Positions 1 through 12,566 of a stretch of DNA of 64,000 nt are shown here, piece after piece (the stretch's first letter is position 1; each line of letters opens with the position of its first letter). This stretch comes from an uncultured Acidobacteriaceae bacterium (GTDB lineage: Bacteria; Acidobacteriota; Terriglobia; Terriglobales; Acidobacteriaceae): NCBI GenBank assembly GCA_963751155.1, contig CAVVTL010000021.1, forward strand, positions 94,713 to 158,712. Direction: 5' to 3'. The translations under genes and the position numbers were made by a program. The notes under the pieces are model-generated. The model was not told the origin of the DNA. It saw only the letters and a program-made list of their open reading frames with translations, and ran no database searches.

Positions 1-315
1 GATTCTGAAGGCGATGCGTGGGTGCAGCGTCCGATGGCGGTGCGGTTTGTGGTGCATGGCGTGCAGTTTGACGAGGGGATTTACACCGACGACGGACACA
101 TCGAAGTGGACTTCGGGCTCGACACTCCGTTTCTGTTCGAAGGACTTGAGCTGTCGAAGCAGAACGAAGAGCACGTGCGGGTCAATGTAGCGAAGCTGGT
201 GGCGTTTACGATTGCGGTCCAGAACCACTGCAAATTGTCAGGCCGGGTGTTGTGGTCGGAGTCGGAGAACAATCTGGCGCAGAAGTTGATTGCGCAGTTA
301 CAGCAGACGCAGTAG
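1..315 (+). CDS. C-terminal fragment of a hypothetical protein (5' end lies outside the window)
   Basis: Frame 1 is open from base 1 (DSEGDAWVQRPM...) to TAG at 313-315 and contains track ORF 22..315. No motif recognised. Confidence 0.45.
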   Translation, partial: DSEGDAWVQRPMAVRFVVHGVQFDEGIYTDDGHIEVDFGLDTPFLFEGLELSKQNEEHVRVNVAKLVAFTIAVQNHCKLSGRVLWSESENNLAQKLIAQLQQTQ

Positions 316-319
316 GAAA

Positions 320-347
320 GGTAACTGGTAATTGGTAGCTGGTTTGT
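320..347. repeat. Four tandem heptads GGTAACT GGTAATT GGTAGCT GGTTTGT, starting 5 nt after a stop codon
   Basis: Read directly. GG doublets at 320, 327, 334 and 341 with exact 7-nt period. Confidence 0.7.
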
Positions 348-382
348 TCCATCTCACCCGCAGTCGTGGTCCAATCCCAACG

Positions 383-417
383 AAAAACCTCACTCAAGCA
401 GAAGCGCTTGAGTGAGG
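383..417 (-). terminator. Rho-independent terminator candidate for ppdK
   Basis: A 12-bp perfect stem (CCTCACTCAAGC 388-399 with GCTTGAGTGAGG 406-417) and a 6-nt loop. On the minus strand it is followed by TTTTT (complement of 383-387). Confidence 0.55.
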
Positions 418-422
418 CACCC

Positions 423-515
423 GCGGGCTGAAGCCCGCAGGAAGTCATCTGAACAGCCTGAACGCTGGCCTGAAGGCCAGCTCTACCCAAACTAGACGCC
501 GGCCTGAAGGCCGGC
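423..515. repeat. Array of three GC-rich hairpins with identical TGAA tetraloops (REP-like)
   Basis: The hairpins are GCGGGC-TGAA-GCCCGC (423-438), GCTGGCC-TGAA-GGCCAGC (464-481) and GCCGGCC-TGAA-GGCCGGC (498-515). They lie between the convergent ORF 1..315 and ppdK. Confidence 0.7.
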
Positions 516-522
516 ACTACCT

Positions 523-3255
<2,733 letters not shown>

Positions 3256-3282
3256 TTTCAGTCCTCTGCTGAATGTATGGCG

Positions 3283-5441
3283 CTATGAAGATTTGGTTTC
3301 GGTAACGATTTCGCTGAAATCGGCGATGGTGGAAAACTCGGCTAAAAGCGTTTGCAACAGCGCGAGACGATTGGCGCGCACCTGCTCGTCGTCAACCATG
3401 ACCATGACCTTGTCGAAGAAAAGGTCGATGGGTTGGCGAAGGCGGCTGATTTCGGTGAGAGCTGCCGCATAGTTCTTCTGCTCGCGGAACGGCTGAACTT
3501 TGGCGGCGACTTCGGGTAGAGCGACGGCGAGTGCTTTTTCGGTTTCGTCGGTCAAGGCCGCGGCGTCGAGGTTAGGCGCGATGGCTTTGTTGGTTTCGCG
3601 CGCCTGACGAAGAATGTTCTTGGTGCGCTTGAAGGCGACGGAGATGGAGGCGAAGTCTTCGGAGCCGCGAACCTGCGTGAGAGCTTCGGCGCGGGCGATG
3701 GCGTCGACCACGTCGTCGCTTCCGGCGGCGAGGACGGCGTTGACCACGTCGTAGGAAAATCCGCGGGCATCTTTGAGATAGAACTCGAGGCGCTCGCGCA
3801 GGAAGTCAGTGGTCGCGGCGGCGTAATCGACTTTCTGGTCGAAGCGCTTCTCGGCTTCGCTGCCGGCGTATTCGATACGGGCGTCGGAAAAGAGCTTGTT
3901 GAGCGAGAGCGGCAGCTTGTGCTCGGCGATGATCTTGACGATGCCGTTGGCGGCGCGGCGGAGCGCCAGCGGGTCCTTCGAGCCGGTAGGCTGGAATCCG
4001 AGAGCGAACATGCCGGCGATGGTGTCGGCCTTGTCGGCGATGGCGAGTACCGCGCCTTCGACGGTCGGCGGCACGGTCGTCGTCCATCGACTCGGGCTGG
4101 TAGTGGTGGTAGATGGCGTCGCCGATGGCTTCGGCAGTCGCGGTGCGGCAGATGCGGATCGAGGTGCTGCACCTTGGCGTAGAGCCCGCCGATGATGCCC
4201 TGGAGTTCGGTGAATTCCTTGACGAGGTCGGTGGTGAGGTCGGCTTTGCAGAGCAGCGCGGCCTTGTGCACGACTCCGGGGCGGATGGCTGACGCCAGCA
4301 GTCTTCCAGGATCGCCGAGACCAGGCTGCCGAGTTTCTGCACGCGCATCGTCTTGTCGAAGTAGCTGCCCAGGTCTTTCTGGAAGGTCACCGACTTCAGC
4401 ATCTCGACGCGCTCGCGCAGCGAGATTTTCTGGTCGGTGTTCCAGAAGAAGCGGGCGTCGTTGAAGCGGGCGCGCAGGACGCGCTCGTTGCCGTGGCGGA
4501 TGAGGCCGTCGGGATCGCTGTCGGTGTTGAGGACGGCGAGGAAGTGCGGCGAGAGCTTGCCGTCGGCGTCTTCGAGCGCGAAGTACTTCTGGTGGTCGCG
4601 CATGACGGTGACCAGGACTTCGGCGGGCAGCGTGAGATACTCGGGATCGAAGCTGCCGAGAATTACCGAGGGACACTCGGTCAGGTTGACAACCGTGTCG
4701 AGCAGGGACTTGTCTTCGCGCCAGCGCGCGCCGGGAACCGTGCGGGTGGCGGCGTCGAGGGCCTTGCGGATGCGGTGCTCGCGCTCGGCGGAGGTGGCGG
4801 TGACGAAGTGCTTCGCCAGCGCGGCGGCGTAGTTGGCGGGCTGGTCGATTTCGACGGCGCCGCTGGAGAGGATGCGATGGCCTTCGCTGGTGTGGCCGGC
4901 GGTGATGCCTCCGAATTCGACGGGGACGACCTGGTCGTCGAGGAGGGAGACCATCCAGCGGACGGGGCGGACGAAGCGCTCGGCGGTTTTGCCGCGCCAG
5001 TACATGCTCTTGGCCCAGTAGATTCCGGCGATTTCCTTGGGCAGCAGTTCGGCCAGGATTTCGCTGGCGGCGCGGCCTTTCTTCTGGACGGTGGCGGCGA
5101 GGTATTCGCCCTTGGCGTTGGAGATTTTTTCCAGCGAGGCGACGGGGACTCCGGCCTTTCTGGCGAAGGCTTCGGCGGCAGGAGTGGGCACGCCATCCTT
5201 AAAGGCAATCTTGAGGGATGGGCCGGTAAGCTGCTCCTGCACATCGGGCTGCTGGGCAGAGACATTGCGCGCCAAAACGGCGATGCGACGGGGCGTGGAG
5301 AACGATTCGATGGCGGGATTTTCGGCCAGCCGCTCGCGAGTGAGCAGGTCAGCTGGTGCGGCGCGAAAGTTCGTCGCGCGCCGCGTCGATCATGCGGGCG
5401 GGAATTTCTTCGGTACCGATCTCAAGCAGGAAGTCTGACAT
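3283..5441 (-). pseudogene. glyS: Glycine--tRNA ligase beta subunit, interrupted by four frameshifts (assembly indels or a pseudogene)
   Basis: Starts ATG 5441 (MSDFLLEIGTEEIPARMIDAARDEL), with an in-frame TGA at 5351-5349. GlyS-like sequence continues through the frames of ORFs 3806..5275, 3552..4676 (AALLCKADLTTDLVKEFTELQGIIGGLYA), 3806..5275 again (AIGDAIYHHYQPES) and 3283..4074 (PPTVEGAVLAIADKADTIAGMF...). Confidence 0.85.
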
Positions 5442-5549
5442 TAATTATGGCGTTCCTTCTATTGTGCCGCATTTCGTGTTGCAAATGTGTGACTCGGGTC
5501 ACATGGAGCAATTAGCAATTAGCGGTCAGTTTCCTTGGCCCCTACTGGT

Positions 5550-6603
5550 TCAGCGCAATTTCTTTCGGTCCCCTGTATCGCTGTTCTGTTCGGCTTGCTG
5601 CTGGTCGACGTAGGCTTTGGCGACGCCGACGGCGAGGGCGCGGATGCGGGCGATCACGCCGACGCGCTCGGTGACGCTGATGGCTCCGCGGGCGTCGAGA
5701 ATGTTGAACAGGTGCGAGCACTTCAGGCAGAGGTCGAAGGCGCCGAGGACCGGGAAGCGGCTGCGGTCTTCGGCGGTCGCTCTTGGCTTTTCGCTATTCG
5801 CTTCTCCGTCATCGCCCGCTTTGGACGTCTTACGCTTCTGCATGAAGCTTGCGTTGTATCCATCCAGCAGCGCCTGACATTCGGATTCGTAGAGCTTCAG
5901 GTGCTCCCAGGCCTTGTCGACGTCGGCGCGCTCGAAGTTGTAGACGGAGAACTGCAGCTCGTCCTGAAGGCGGATTTCGCCGTACTTCACGGGGCGGCCA
6001 TCTGGGCCGACGACCCAGGTGATGTCGTAGATGCTGTCCACGTCCTGCAAGAAATGCGGCGATGCGCTCGAGGCCGTAGGTCAGCTCGGCGGAGATGGGG
6101 TCGAGGTCGATGCCGCCGCACTGCTGGAAGTAGGTGAACTGGGTGATCTCGAGGCCGTCGAGCATGACCTGCCAGCCAATGCCCCATGCGCCGAGCGTGG
6201 GCGACTCCCAGTTGTCTTCCTCGAACTTGATGTCGTGCTTGCGCAGGTCGATGCCGATGGCTTCGAGCGACGCGAGGTAAAGCTCCTGCACGTCGGCCGG
6301 CGGCGGCTTGAGGATGACCTGAAACTGCATGTGCTTGAAGAGACGGTTGGGGTTCTCGCCGTAGCGTCCGTCGGCGGGACGGCGCGAGGGCTGCACGTAG
6401 CCGACGCGATAGGGCTTGGGGCCGAGGACGCGGAGGAAGGTTTCCGGCGCCATGGTTCCGGCGCCAACTTCGACGTCGTAGGGTTGCTGAAGAACGCAAC
6501 CGTTGCTGGCCCAAAACGTCTGGAGGCGAAGGATGAGTTCCTGAAAGGTCAGCGGATTTTGCGAGGATGCCAAATTCGCTCTCACGCGGGCTACAGCTCG
6601 CAA
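5550..6603 (-). pseudogene. glyQ: Glycine--tRNA ligase alpha subunit with one frameshift near 6041-6050. The start is uncertain (TTG 6603, or TTG 6573 giving [13 protein letters not shown])
   Basis: ORF 5830..6603 matches GlyQ up to GLERIAAFL. The sequence then continues as (Q)[11 protein letters not shown]... in the frame of ORF 5550..6050. Confidence 0.85.
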
Positions 6604-6658
6604 TTGGCGTATAAAGACAGGTCGCGCTAAGCTGGCCCGAAGGCTAAATGCACTGATC

Positions 6659-7396
6659 CTACAGCTTGTTCAACATCACTGCCGTAACCAACTTCTTCTC
6701 GATGTGGCGCTCGATGATCTGCACCAGATACCGCCGCAAATCCGTTCCCTGCAGTTTCGTCCACGGCTCGACCGCAATCGACTCCAGCGGTTGGCGAAAC
6801 ATCTGCGCCGCCATGGCGCGGGAATCCGCGGTCAACTCCGACGAAGCCACGCGCTTGTGCAGCGGACACATCAATCCGTCAGCCAGTGCGTGGTAATACG
6901 CCCGCGAACCGTTCAGCGACCGCCCACATTGACTGCACGTCGTGAGTTCGGGAAGAAATCCCACCAATCGCACCAGCCAAAGCTGGAAGTACGTTATCGG
7001 CAACCAAATCGAGCCGTCGCGCAACTGCCGCAAAACCGAAACTGCCAAGCGAAAGATAGCGTCGTTGGCCTCGCGGTCAGGCAGCAACTCATCTAACGTC
7101 TCAGCCAGGTGCTCCAAGGCAACCACGCGGTCGTAATCCATGGGGCCCGAGAGCGGCGACTCCAGAATTTCACAGGAGTCGAGCCTCGCCAGTTCCTGCC
7201 CCTCACGCTCGTCGTAGTACACCCGGACGCATGTGAGCGGTTCCAACGCTCCGCCGAACCGCCTGCGCGACTTCTTAGCCGACCGCGCCACTCCCTTGAC
7301 CTTTCCTTCGGCCCGGGTAAATAACGTGACCAGCAGGTCGGCCTCGCGCAACGGATAGGTTCGTAAGACGATCGCTTCCGATTGCTTTAAAGGCAT
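6659..7396 (-). CDS. recO: DNA repair protein RecO
   Basis: 245 aa with a RecO-like OB-fold N-terminus ([41 protein letters not shown]) and a CxxC zinc motif. It lies directly upstream of glyQS, as in many bacteria. Confidence 0.88.
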   Translation of the reverse strand: MPLKQSEAIVLRTYPLREADLLVTLFTRAEGKVKGVARSAKKSRRRFGGALEPLTCVRVYYDEREGQELARLDSCEILESPLSGPMDYDRVVALEHLAETLDELLPDREANDAIFRLAVSVLRQLRDGSIWLPITYFQLWLVRLVGFLPELTTCSQCGRSLNGSRAYYHALADGLMCPLHKRVASSELTADSRAMAAQMFRQPLESIAVEPWTKLQGTDLRRYLVQIIERHIEKKLVTAVMLNKL

Positions 7397-7624
7397 GAAC
7401 TGTCGCCTGACGACCGGGAACCAACAGGAGCGGACGTGCCGAGATGTCGCGTGCGAAACTTGGCTGGAGTCGCAGGCTTCGATGAATCGACCGAACCACT
7501 ACGCCGTAAGGTTTCATTCTACTGAGAGGGTTGGGGTTGTGCAAAGTCCGCTTCCCAATGCCCGCGCCGACGCGACGTTCGACGCAGTGCCGATGCTAGA
7601 ATTGGCGAAAATACCAATGTTGCG

Positions 7625-8203
7625 ATGACACAACCCTCCGGCCCGACAACAACCAGATCCCAGGAGCCGATGCTTCTATTGGCCCTTTGCGGATTTATGG
7701 GGAGCGGGAAATCCACAGTTGGGCGCGAACTGGCCGAGTTGATGGGATGGTCGTTCCTGGACCTCGACGAGGAGATCGAGCGGAGGGAGAGCGCTGCTAT
7801 TCGCGACATCTTTAAGCAACGAGGAGAGACGGAGTTTCGCGAAATCGAACATGCGGTGTTGGCGAATCTGCTAGCTTCTGGCAGAACGACCACCGTACTG
7901 GCGCTGGGCGGTGGCACGTATGCGCAACCCCGCAATGGAGCACTCCTGAGGCTGGCCTGCGTGCAGACGGTCTTCCTCGAGGTGCCCTTGGAGATGATGC
8001 TACAACGGTGCTCCGTGGCGGATCAAGACCAACCCAGACCGCTCGCGGCGGACCCGGAGAAGTTCAGGCGACTGTATGAAGCGCGGCTACCTTCCTACCG
8101 ACAGGCCGACGTGATTATTCATGCCGGGGACAAGACCCCGCTTGAGGTAGCGCGCGCGATCGGCGCCGCACTGTCTCTCATCCTGATCAACGATGGTGAA
8201 TGA
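7625..8203 (+). CDS. aroK: Shikimate kinase
   Basis: P-loop GFMGSGKSTVGRELA followed by DLDEEIE...IRDIFKQRGETEFREIE. Confidence 0.85.
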   Translation: MTQPSGPTTTRSQEPMLLLALCGFMGSGKSTVGRELAELMGWSFLDLDEEIERRESAAIRDIFKQRGETEFREIEHAVLANLLASGRTTTVLALGGGTYAQPRNGALLRLACVQTVFLEVPLEMMLQRCSVADQDQPRPLAADPEKFRRLYEARLPSYRQADVIIHAGDKTPLEVARAIGAALSLILINDGE

Positions 8204-8330
8204 CGTACATCACCAGTGTCTCCACCCTGTGGTTTCGACTGAAGAACGAGCCGCGCAAGGTTGCGTTTGCGTTCGCAAATCGCGCGCTGTTTGAAAGGTC
8301 GTCGTGATGTAAACTTGTCTTTAACAAATC

Positions 8331-9386
8331 ATGTCCATGCAAAAAATCCCCGTCGGAATTCTCGGCGCTACTGGAGTTGTAGGCCAGCGCTTCATACAGT
8401 TGTTGGAGGGCCATCCCTGGTTCGAAGTTGCCTGGCTGGCAGCGTCAGACCGCTCGGAGGGCAAAGCTTACGGCGATGCGGTGCGGTGGCGGCTGAAGAC
8501 CGCAATTCCCGAGTACGTCCGCAAGATGCAGGTTTCACCGGCTGGGCCGGAAGGCGCGCCGAAGGTGATTTTCGCCGCGCTGGACGCGGGAATTGCGCGG
8601 GAGTTGGAGCCGAAGTTTGCCGAAGCAGGTTGCGCCGTGGTGAGCAATTCAAGTGCGTTTCGCATGCAGGCGGACGTGCCGCTGGTGATCCCCGAAGTCA
8701 ACGCCGATCATCTGGCGCTGATTGAGCAGCAGAGTTGGCGGAAGAAGTCGGGCGGCTACATCGTGACCAACCCGAATTGTTCGGCGATTGGGCTCGTAGT
8801 CGCGCTGGCGCCGCTGCAGCAGAAGTTCGGCATCGATTCGCTCTTCGTTACGACGATGCAGGCAGTGAGTGGCGCGGGGTATCCGGGAGTTGCGTCGCTG
8901 GACATTCTGGGCAACGTCATTCCGTTCATTAAGAACGAAGAAGAGAAGATGGAAGAGGAGACCAAGAAGCTCCTCGGCAAACTCAACGGCCACGGCGTGC
9001 AGGACGCTGGATTCAGCATGACGGCGCATTGCAATCGCGTGGCGGTGGAAGACGGACACACGGAATCGGTTTCCGTAAAGCTGAAGGCCAAAGCGACTCT
9101 GGAGGAGATTATTGCGGTGATCGAGCACTTCCCGTCGAAGCCGTACGAAGCAGGTTGCCCGCTGGCCCCTGAGCATCCAGTGGTGTACGACGCTGCGCCG
9201 GACCGCCCGCAGCCGCGTTTTGATCTGGATCGCGGCAAGGGCATGACGGTGAGCGTAGGGCGGCTGCGCCCGTGTGGCGTGCTGGATTACAAGTTCACCG
9301 TGTTGTCGCATAATACGATTCGAGGCGCAGCTGGCGCGGCGCTGCTCAATGCCGAACTGCTAAAAGTCCAGGGCTACCTATCGTGA
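8331..9386 (+). CDS. asd: Aspartate-semialdehyde dehydrogenase
   Basis: 351 aa with [13 protein letters not shown] (NAD(P) binding) and the active-site NPNCS motif. Confidence 0.92.
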   Translation: MSMQKIPVGILGATGVVGQRFIQLLEGHPWFEVAWLAASDRSEGKAYGDAVRWRLKTAIPEYVRKMQVSPAGPEGAPKVIFAALDAGIARELEPKFAEAGCAVVSNSSAFRMQADVPLVIPEVNADHLALIEQQSWRKKSGGYIVTNPNCSAIGLVVALAPLQQKFGIDSLFVTTMQAVSGAGYPGVASLDILGNVIPFIKNEEEKMEEETKKLLGKLNGHGVQDAGFSMTAHCNRVAVEDGHTESVSVKLKAKATLEEIIAVIEHFPSKPYEAGCPLAPEHPVVYDAAPDRPQPRFDLDRGKGMTVSVGRLRPCGVLDYKFTVLSHNTIRGAAGAALLNAELLKVQGYLS

Positions 9387-9426
9387 ATTCCGAAGGCACG
9401 CCATCCCCAACCGCGGTGGTAAGAAC

Positions 9427-10800
9427 GTGATCGTCATGAAATTCGGCGGGACCTCAGTCGAGGACGCCGCCGCCATTGATCGAATTGCAGGAATCGTTAA
9501 AGGTCGCCTCGCCGACCATCCACTAGTCGTGGTGAGCGCCATGTCGAAGGTGACGGACGGGCTGCTGGCGATGGCCGCGGCTGCGGGCAAGGGCGACGGC
9601 GACCAGGCGGTCGAGTTGTGCCACCAGGCGCGCGAGCGACATTACGCCACGGCCAAGGAATTGCTCGGCTCCGAATCGTACGATGAAGTACACGCCAAAC
9701 TGAAGCTGGAGTTCGAGTCGCTGGAGCACCTGCTGCGCGGGATTGCCGCCGTGGGCGAGCTCACGCCGCGAACGTCAGACTACGTGGTTTCGTTCGGCGA
9801 ACGGCTGTCGAGCATTATCGTGACCGCGGCTTTCGCGGCGAGCGAGATACCGGCGACGCTGCTGGACGCCCGGACGGTAATCATTACAGATCGGCAGCAT
9901 GGGCGCGCCGTACCGCAGGTGGATGAGATCAATCACGCGTTGCAGGTGCATGCAAAGCCGCTGATTGATGACGGCAGGGTGCCGGTCATGGGTGGCTTCA
10001 TCGGTTCGACCCGTGACGGCATCACCACGACGATTGGGCGCGGAGGCTCTGACTTTTCGGCGGCGCTGGCCGGAGCGGGGCTGAACGCCGAGCGAATCGA
10101 GATTTGGACCGACGTGGACGGCATGAAGACGACGGACCCGAGGATTTGCCCGGACGCGCACCGCATCAAGGTCATCAGCTTCGATGAAGCTGCGGAGTTG
10201 GCATATTTCGGGGCGAAAGTGCTGCATCCGGCGACGGTGCTTCCGGCGGTGGAGAAGAACATTCCGGTGCTGGTGCTGAATTCGCGCAATCCTGCGAATG
10301 AAGGAACGCGCATCGTGGCGCACACGCCCAAGTCGAAGACGCTGTTTAAGGCGATCGCGGCGAAGCAGCGCATTACGATCATCGAGATCGTGGCGGCGCG
10401 TATGCTTATGGCGCATGGCTTTCTGGCGGCCGTATTTGAGATATTTAACCGGCACCACTGCGCGATTGACATCGTTTCGACTTCCGAAGTCAGTATCTCG
10501 GTTACGGTGGACTCGAACGAAGCGATTCCCGCAATCGCCGCCGATCTGGAGAAGCTGGCGTACGTGAAGTTCTCCGGTCGGCAGGCAATTATCTGCCTGG
10601 TGGGCGAGAGCATCCGGGAGCGGCCGGGCGTGGCGGCGCAGGTGTTTGACGCGGTGAAGGACATCAACGTGCGTATGATTTCGCAGGGCGCCTCAGAAAT
10701 CAACATGTCGTTTGTGGTGGAAGAGAACGACGTTCCGGCGGCGGTCAAGAAGTTGCACGCCCGGTTCTTCTCCGATGTGGACCCCGAGGTTTTTGACTGA
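9427..10800 (+). CDS. lysC: Aspartate kinase
   Basis: 457 aa with an MKFGGTSV N-terminus and C-terminal ACT region. Start is GTG 9427 or ATG 9436. Confidence 0.93.
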   Translation: MIVMKFGGTSVEDAAAIDRIAGIVKGRLADHPLVVVSAMSKVTDGLLAMAAAAGKGDGDQAVELCHQARERHYATAKELLGSESYDEVHAKLKLEFESLEHLLRGIAAVGELTPRTSDYVVSFGERLSSIIVTAAFAASEIPATLLDARTVIITDRQHGRAVPQVDEINHALQVHAKPLIDDGRVPVMGGFIGSTRDGITTTIGRGGSDFSAALAGAGLNAERIEIWTDVDGMKTTDPRICPDAHRIKVISFDEAAELAYFGAKVLHPATVLPAVEKNIPVLVLNSRNPANEGTRIVAHTPKSKTLFKAIAAKQRITIIEIVAARMLMAHGFLAAVFEIFNRHHCAIDIVSTSEVSISVTVDSNEAIPAIAADLEKLAYVKFSGRQAIICLVGESIRERPGVAAQVFDAVKDINVRMISQGASEINMSFVVEENDVPAAVKKLHARFFSDVDPEVFD

Positions 10801-11492
10801 TGGCGAAGCCGCTGCATCTGGTGCTGCTCGGTCAAGGGAAAACGGGATCGCTCGTGGCCGAGGTGGCGGCGGAGCGCGGGCACAAGACTACGTTGGTTAC
10901 GGAGATCGAGAATCCAGGCGGGATCTGGCTAAGTGCGGACAACCTCCGTGATGCCGACGCCGTAATCGATTTCACAACGCCGGACGCCGTACTTCCCAAT
11001 ATTGCGAAGTGCATAGCTGCGCGCGCGCCGATGGTGGTCGGCACGACCGGCTGGTATGGCGAGTTGGAGCGGGTGAAGCAGGAAGTCGAGCGTGCGGGTG
11101 TGGGCTTCGTGTTTGGCGCGAACTTCTCCTATGGCGTGAACCTGTTCTTCCAGATTGCACGCGCGGCTGCGCCGGCATTGCAGCATGGGTACTCGGGCCA
11201 CATCACCGAGCGGCATCATATCCACAAAAAAGACTCACCTTCAGGCACGGCAGTTGCCTTGCAACAGGTGGTCGCCCAAGCCTGCGGCGAGCAGGTGGAT
11301 ATCACGTCGGAACGCGAGGGCGACGTGATGGGGGTGCATGTTCTGGAGCTGACCTCGGGCGGCGACCAGATCACGTTGAGCCATGAGGTGCAGTCGCGGC
11401 GGACGTTTGCGGTGGGCGCGGTGCTGGCGGCGGAGTGGATTGCGGGCAAGACGGGTTTCTACGATTTCAAAGATATTTTCAGCCAGATCTGA
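10800..11492 (+). CDS. dapB: 4-hydroxy-tetrahydrodipicolinate reductase
   Basis: Motif ERHHIHKKDSPSGTA. The ATG overlaps the lysC stop (TGATG), which suggests translational coupling. Confidence 0.9.
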   Translation: MAKPLHLVLLGQGKTGSLVAEVAAERGHKTTLVTEIENPGGIWLSADNLRDADAVIDFTTPDAVLPNIAKCIAARAPMVVGTTGWYGELERVKQEVERAGVGFVFGANFSYGVNLFFQIARAAAPALQHGYSGHITERHHIHKKDSPSGTAVALQQVVAQACGEQVDITSEREGDVMGVHVLELTSGGDQITLSHEVQSRRTFAVGAVLAAEWIAGKTGFYDFKDIFSQI

Positions 11493-11543
11493 TATTCACA
11501 GGCACTTGGCCCTACAATTTTGGGCAAGAGGTAGTCAGGCAAC

Positions 11544-12449
11544 ATGAAACTGCGCGGATGCGGCACAGCCCTCGTCACTCCTTTCCGACAAGACAGCAGT
11601 ATCGACGAAGCGGCCCTTCGCCAACTTGTGCGCTGGCAGGTCGATTGTGGAATCGACTTCCTTCTTCCCTGCGGAACGACCGGCGAGACACCGACGCTCA
11701 GCCACGACGAGTGGCTGCAGGTGATTGACACAACGATTGAAGCCGCTGCGGGGCGCGTGCCCATCATGGCGGGGGCGACATCGAACAGCACGCAGGACGC
11801 TGTCGCGAAGGCCAGCGAAGCCTCTGCGCGCAAGGGCGTGGACTTCATTTTGTCGGCCACACCGTATTACAACAAGCCGACGCAAGAAGGCGTCTATCAG
11901 CATTTCCGGGCCGTGGCCGAGGCCTCGCATAAGCCGGTGGTGCTTTATAACATTGCCGGGCGAACGGGAACCAACATCGAAACTGCTACCTTGCGCCGTC
12001 TCGCGGAGATCCCGAACATCATTGGCGTGAAAGAGGCCAGCGGCAACGTGTCGCAGATTGCGGAAGTGTGTGCGACCTTGCCGGAGGAATTCCTGGTGTT
12101 CTCGGGCGATGATGCCATCACGCTGGCGGTGATTGGTCTGGGAGGCATAGGAATCATTTCCGTTGTCTCGAATGAGATTCCGGCAGAGATGACGCGGCTA
12201 ACACAGGCAGCGCTGGCCAACAAGTGGGACCTGGCGCGGCTCATGCTGCGTAAGTATCTACCCCTCATGCAGGCCAACTTCATGGAGTCGAATCCGATTC
12301 CGGCAAAGGCTGTGCTCTCGATGATGGGCCGGATCGAGGAGGTCTATCGGCTCCCAATGCTGCCGATGCGTCCGGAGAACCGGGCTAAGCTGGAGAAGAT
12401 CGTCACGGAAGTCGGCCTGTTGCAGCCGCACTCGGTGACAGTGCAGTAA
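11544..12449 (+). CDS. dapA: 4-hydroxy-tetrahydrodipicolinate synthase
   Basis: 301 aa with a GTALVTPF...GTTGE motif typical of the DapA/NAL family. Confidence 0.93.
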   Translation: MKLRGCGTALVTPFRQDSSIDEAALRQLVRWQVDCGIDFLLPCGTTGETPTLSHDEWLQVIDTTIEAAAGRVPIMAGATSNSTQDAVAKASEASARKGVDFILSATPYYNKPTQEGVYQHFRAVAEASHKPVVLYNIAGRTGTNIETATLRRLAEIPNIIGVKEASGNVSQIAEVCATLPEEFLVFSGDDAITLAVIGLGGIGIISVVSNEIPAEMTRLTQAALANKWDLARLMLRKYLPLMQANFMESNPIPAKAVLSMMGRIEEVYRLPMLPMRPENRAKLEKIVTEVGLLQPHSVTVQ

Positions 12450-12455
12450 CCCAGT

Positions 12456-12483
12456 GGATAGTGGTTTGTGGATAGTGGATAGA
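12456..12483. repeat. Four tandem heptads GGATAGT GGTTTGT GGATAGT GGATAGA, starting 7 nt after the dapA stop
   Basis: Read directly. GG doublets at 12456, 12463, 12470 and 12477. It shares the GGTTTGT unit with the array at 320-347. Confidence 0.7.
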
Positions 12484-12566
12484 ACTTGACCGCTGAATTT
12501 CGCTGTTCTCGTGCGATATTTCGCGGCCGATCACCTCTTCCCGCTACCATTTATACTTCCCGCAAC

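Noticed and set aside
8204-8330. Lysine riboswitch (L-box) or other leader upstream of asd/lysC
   Set aside because: I saw no L-box-like conserved core or extended helices in the asd leader (8204-8330) or the lysC leader (9387-9426). The spacers are short.
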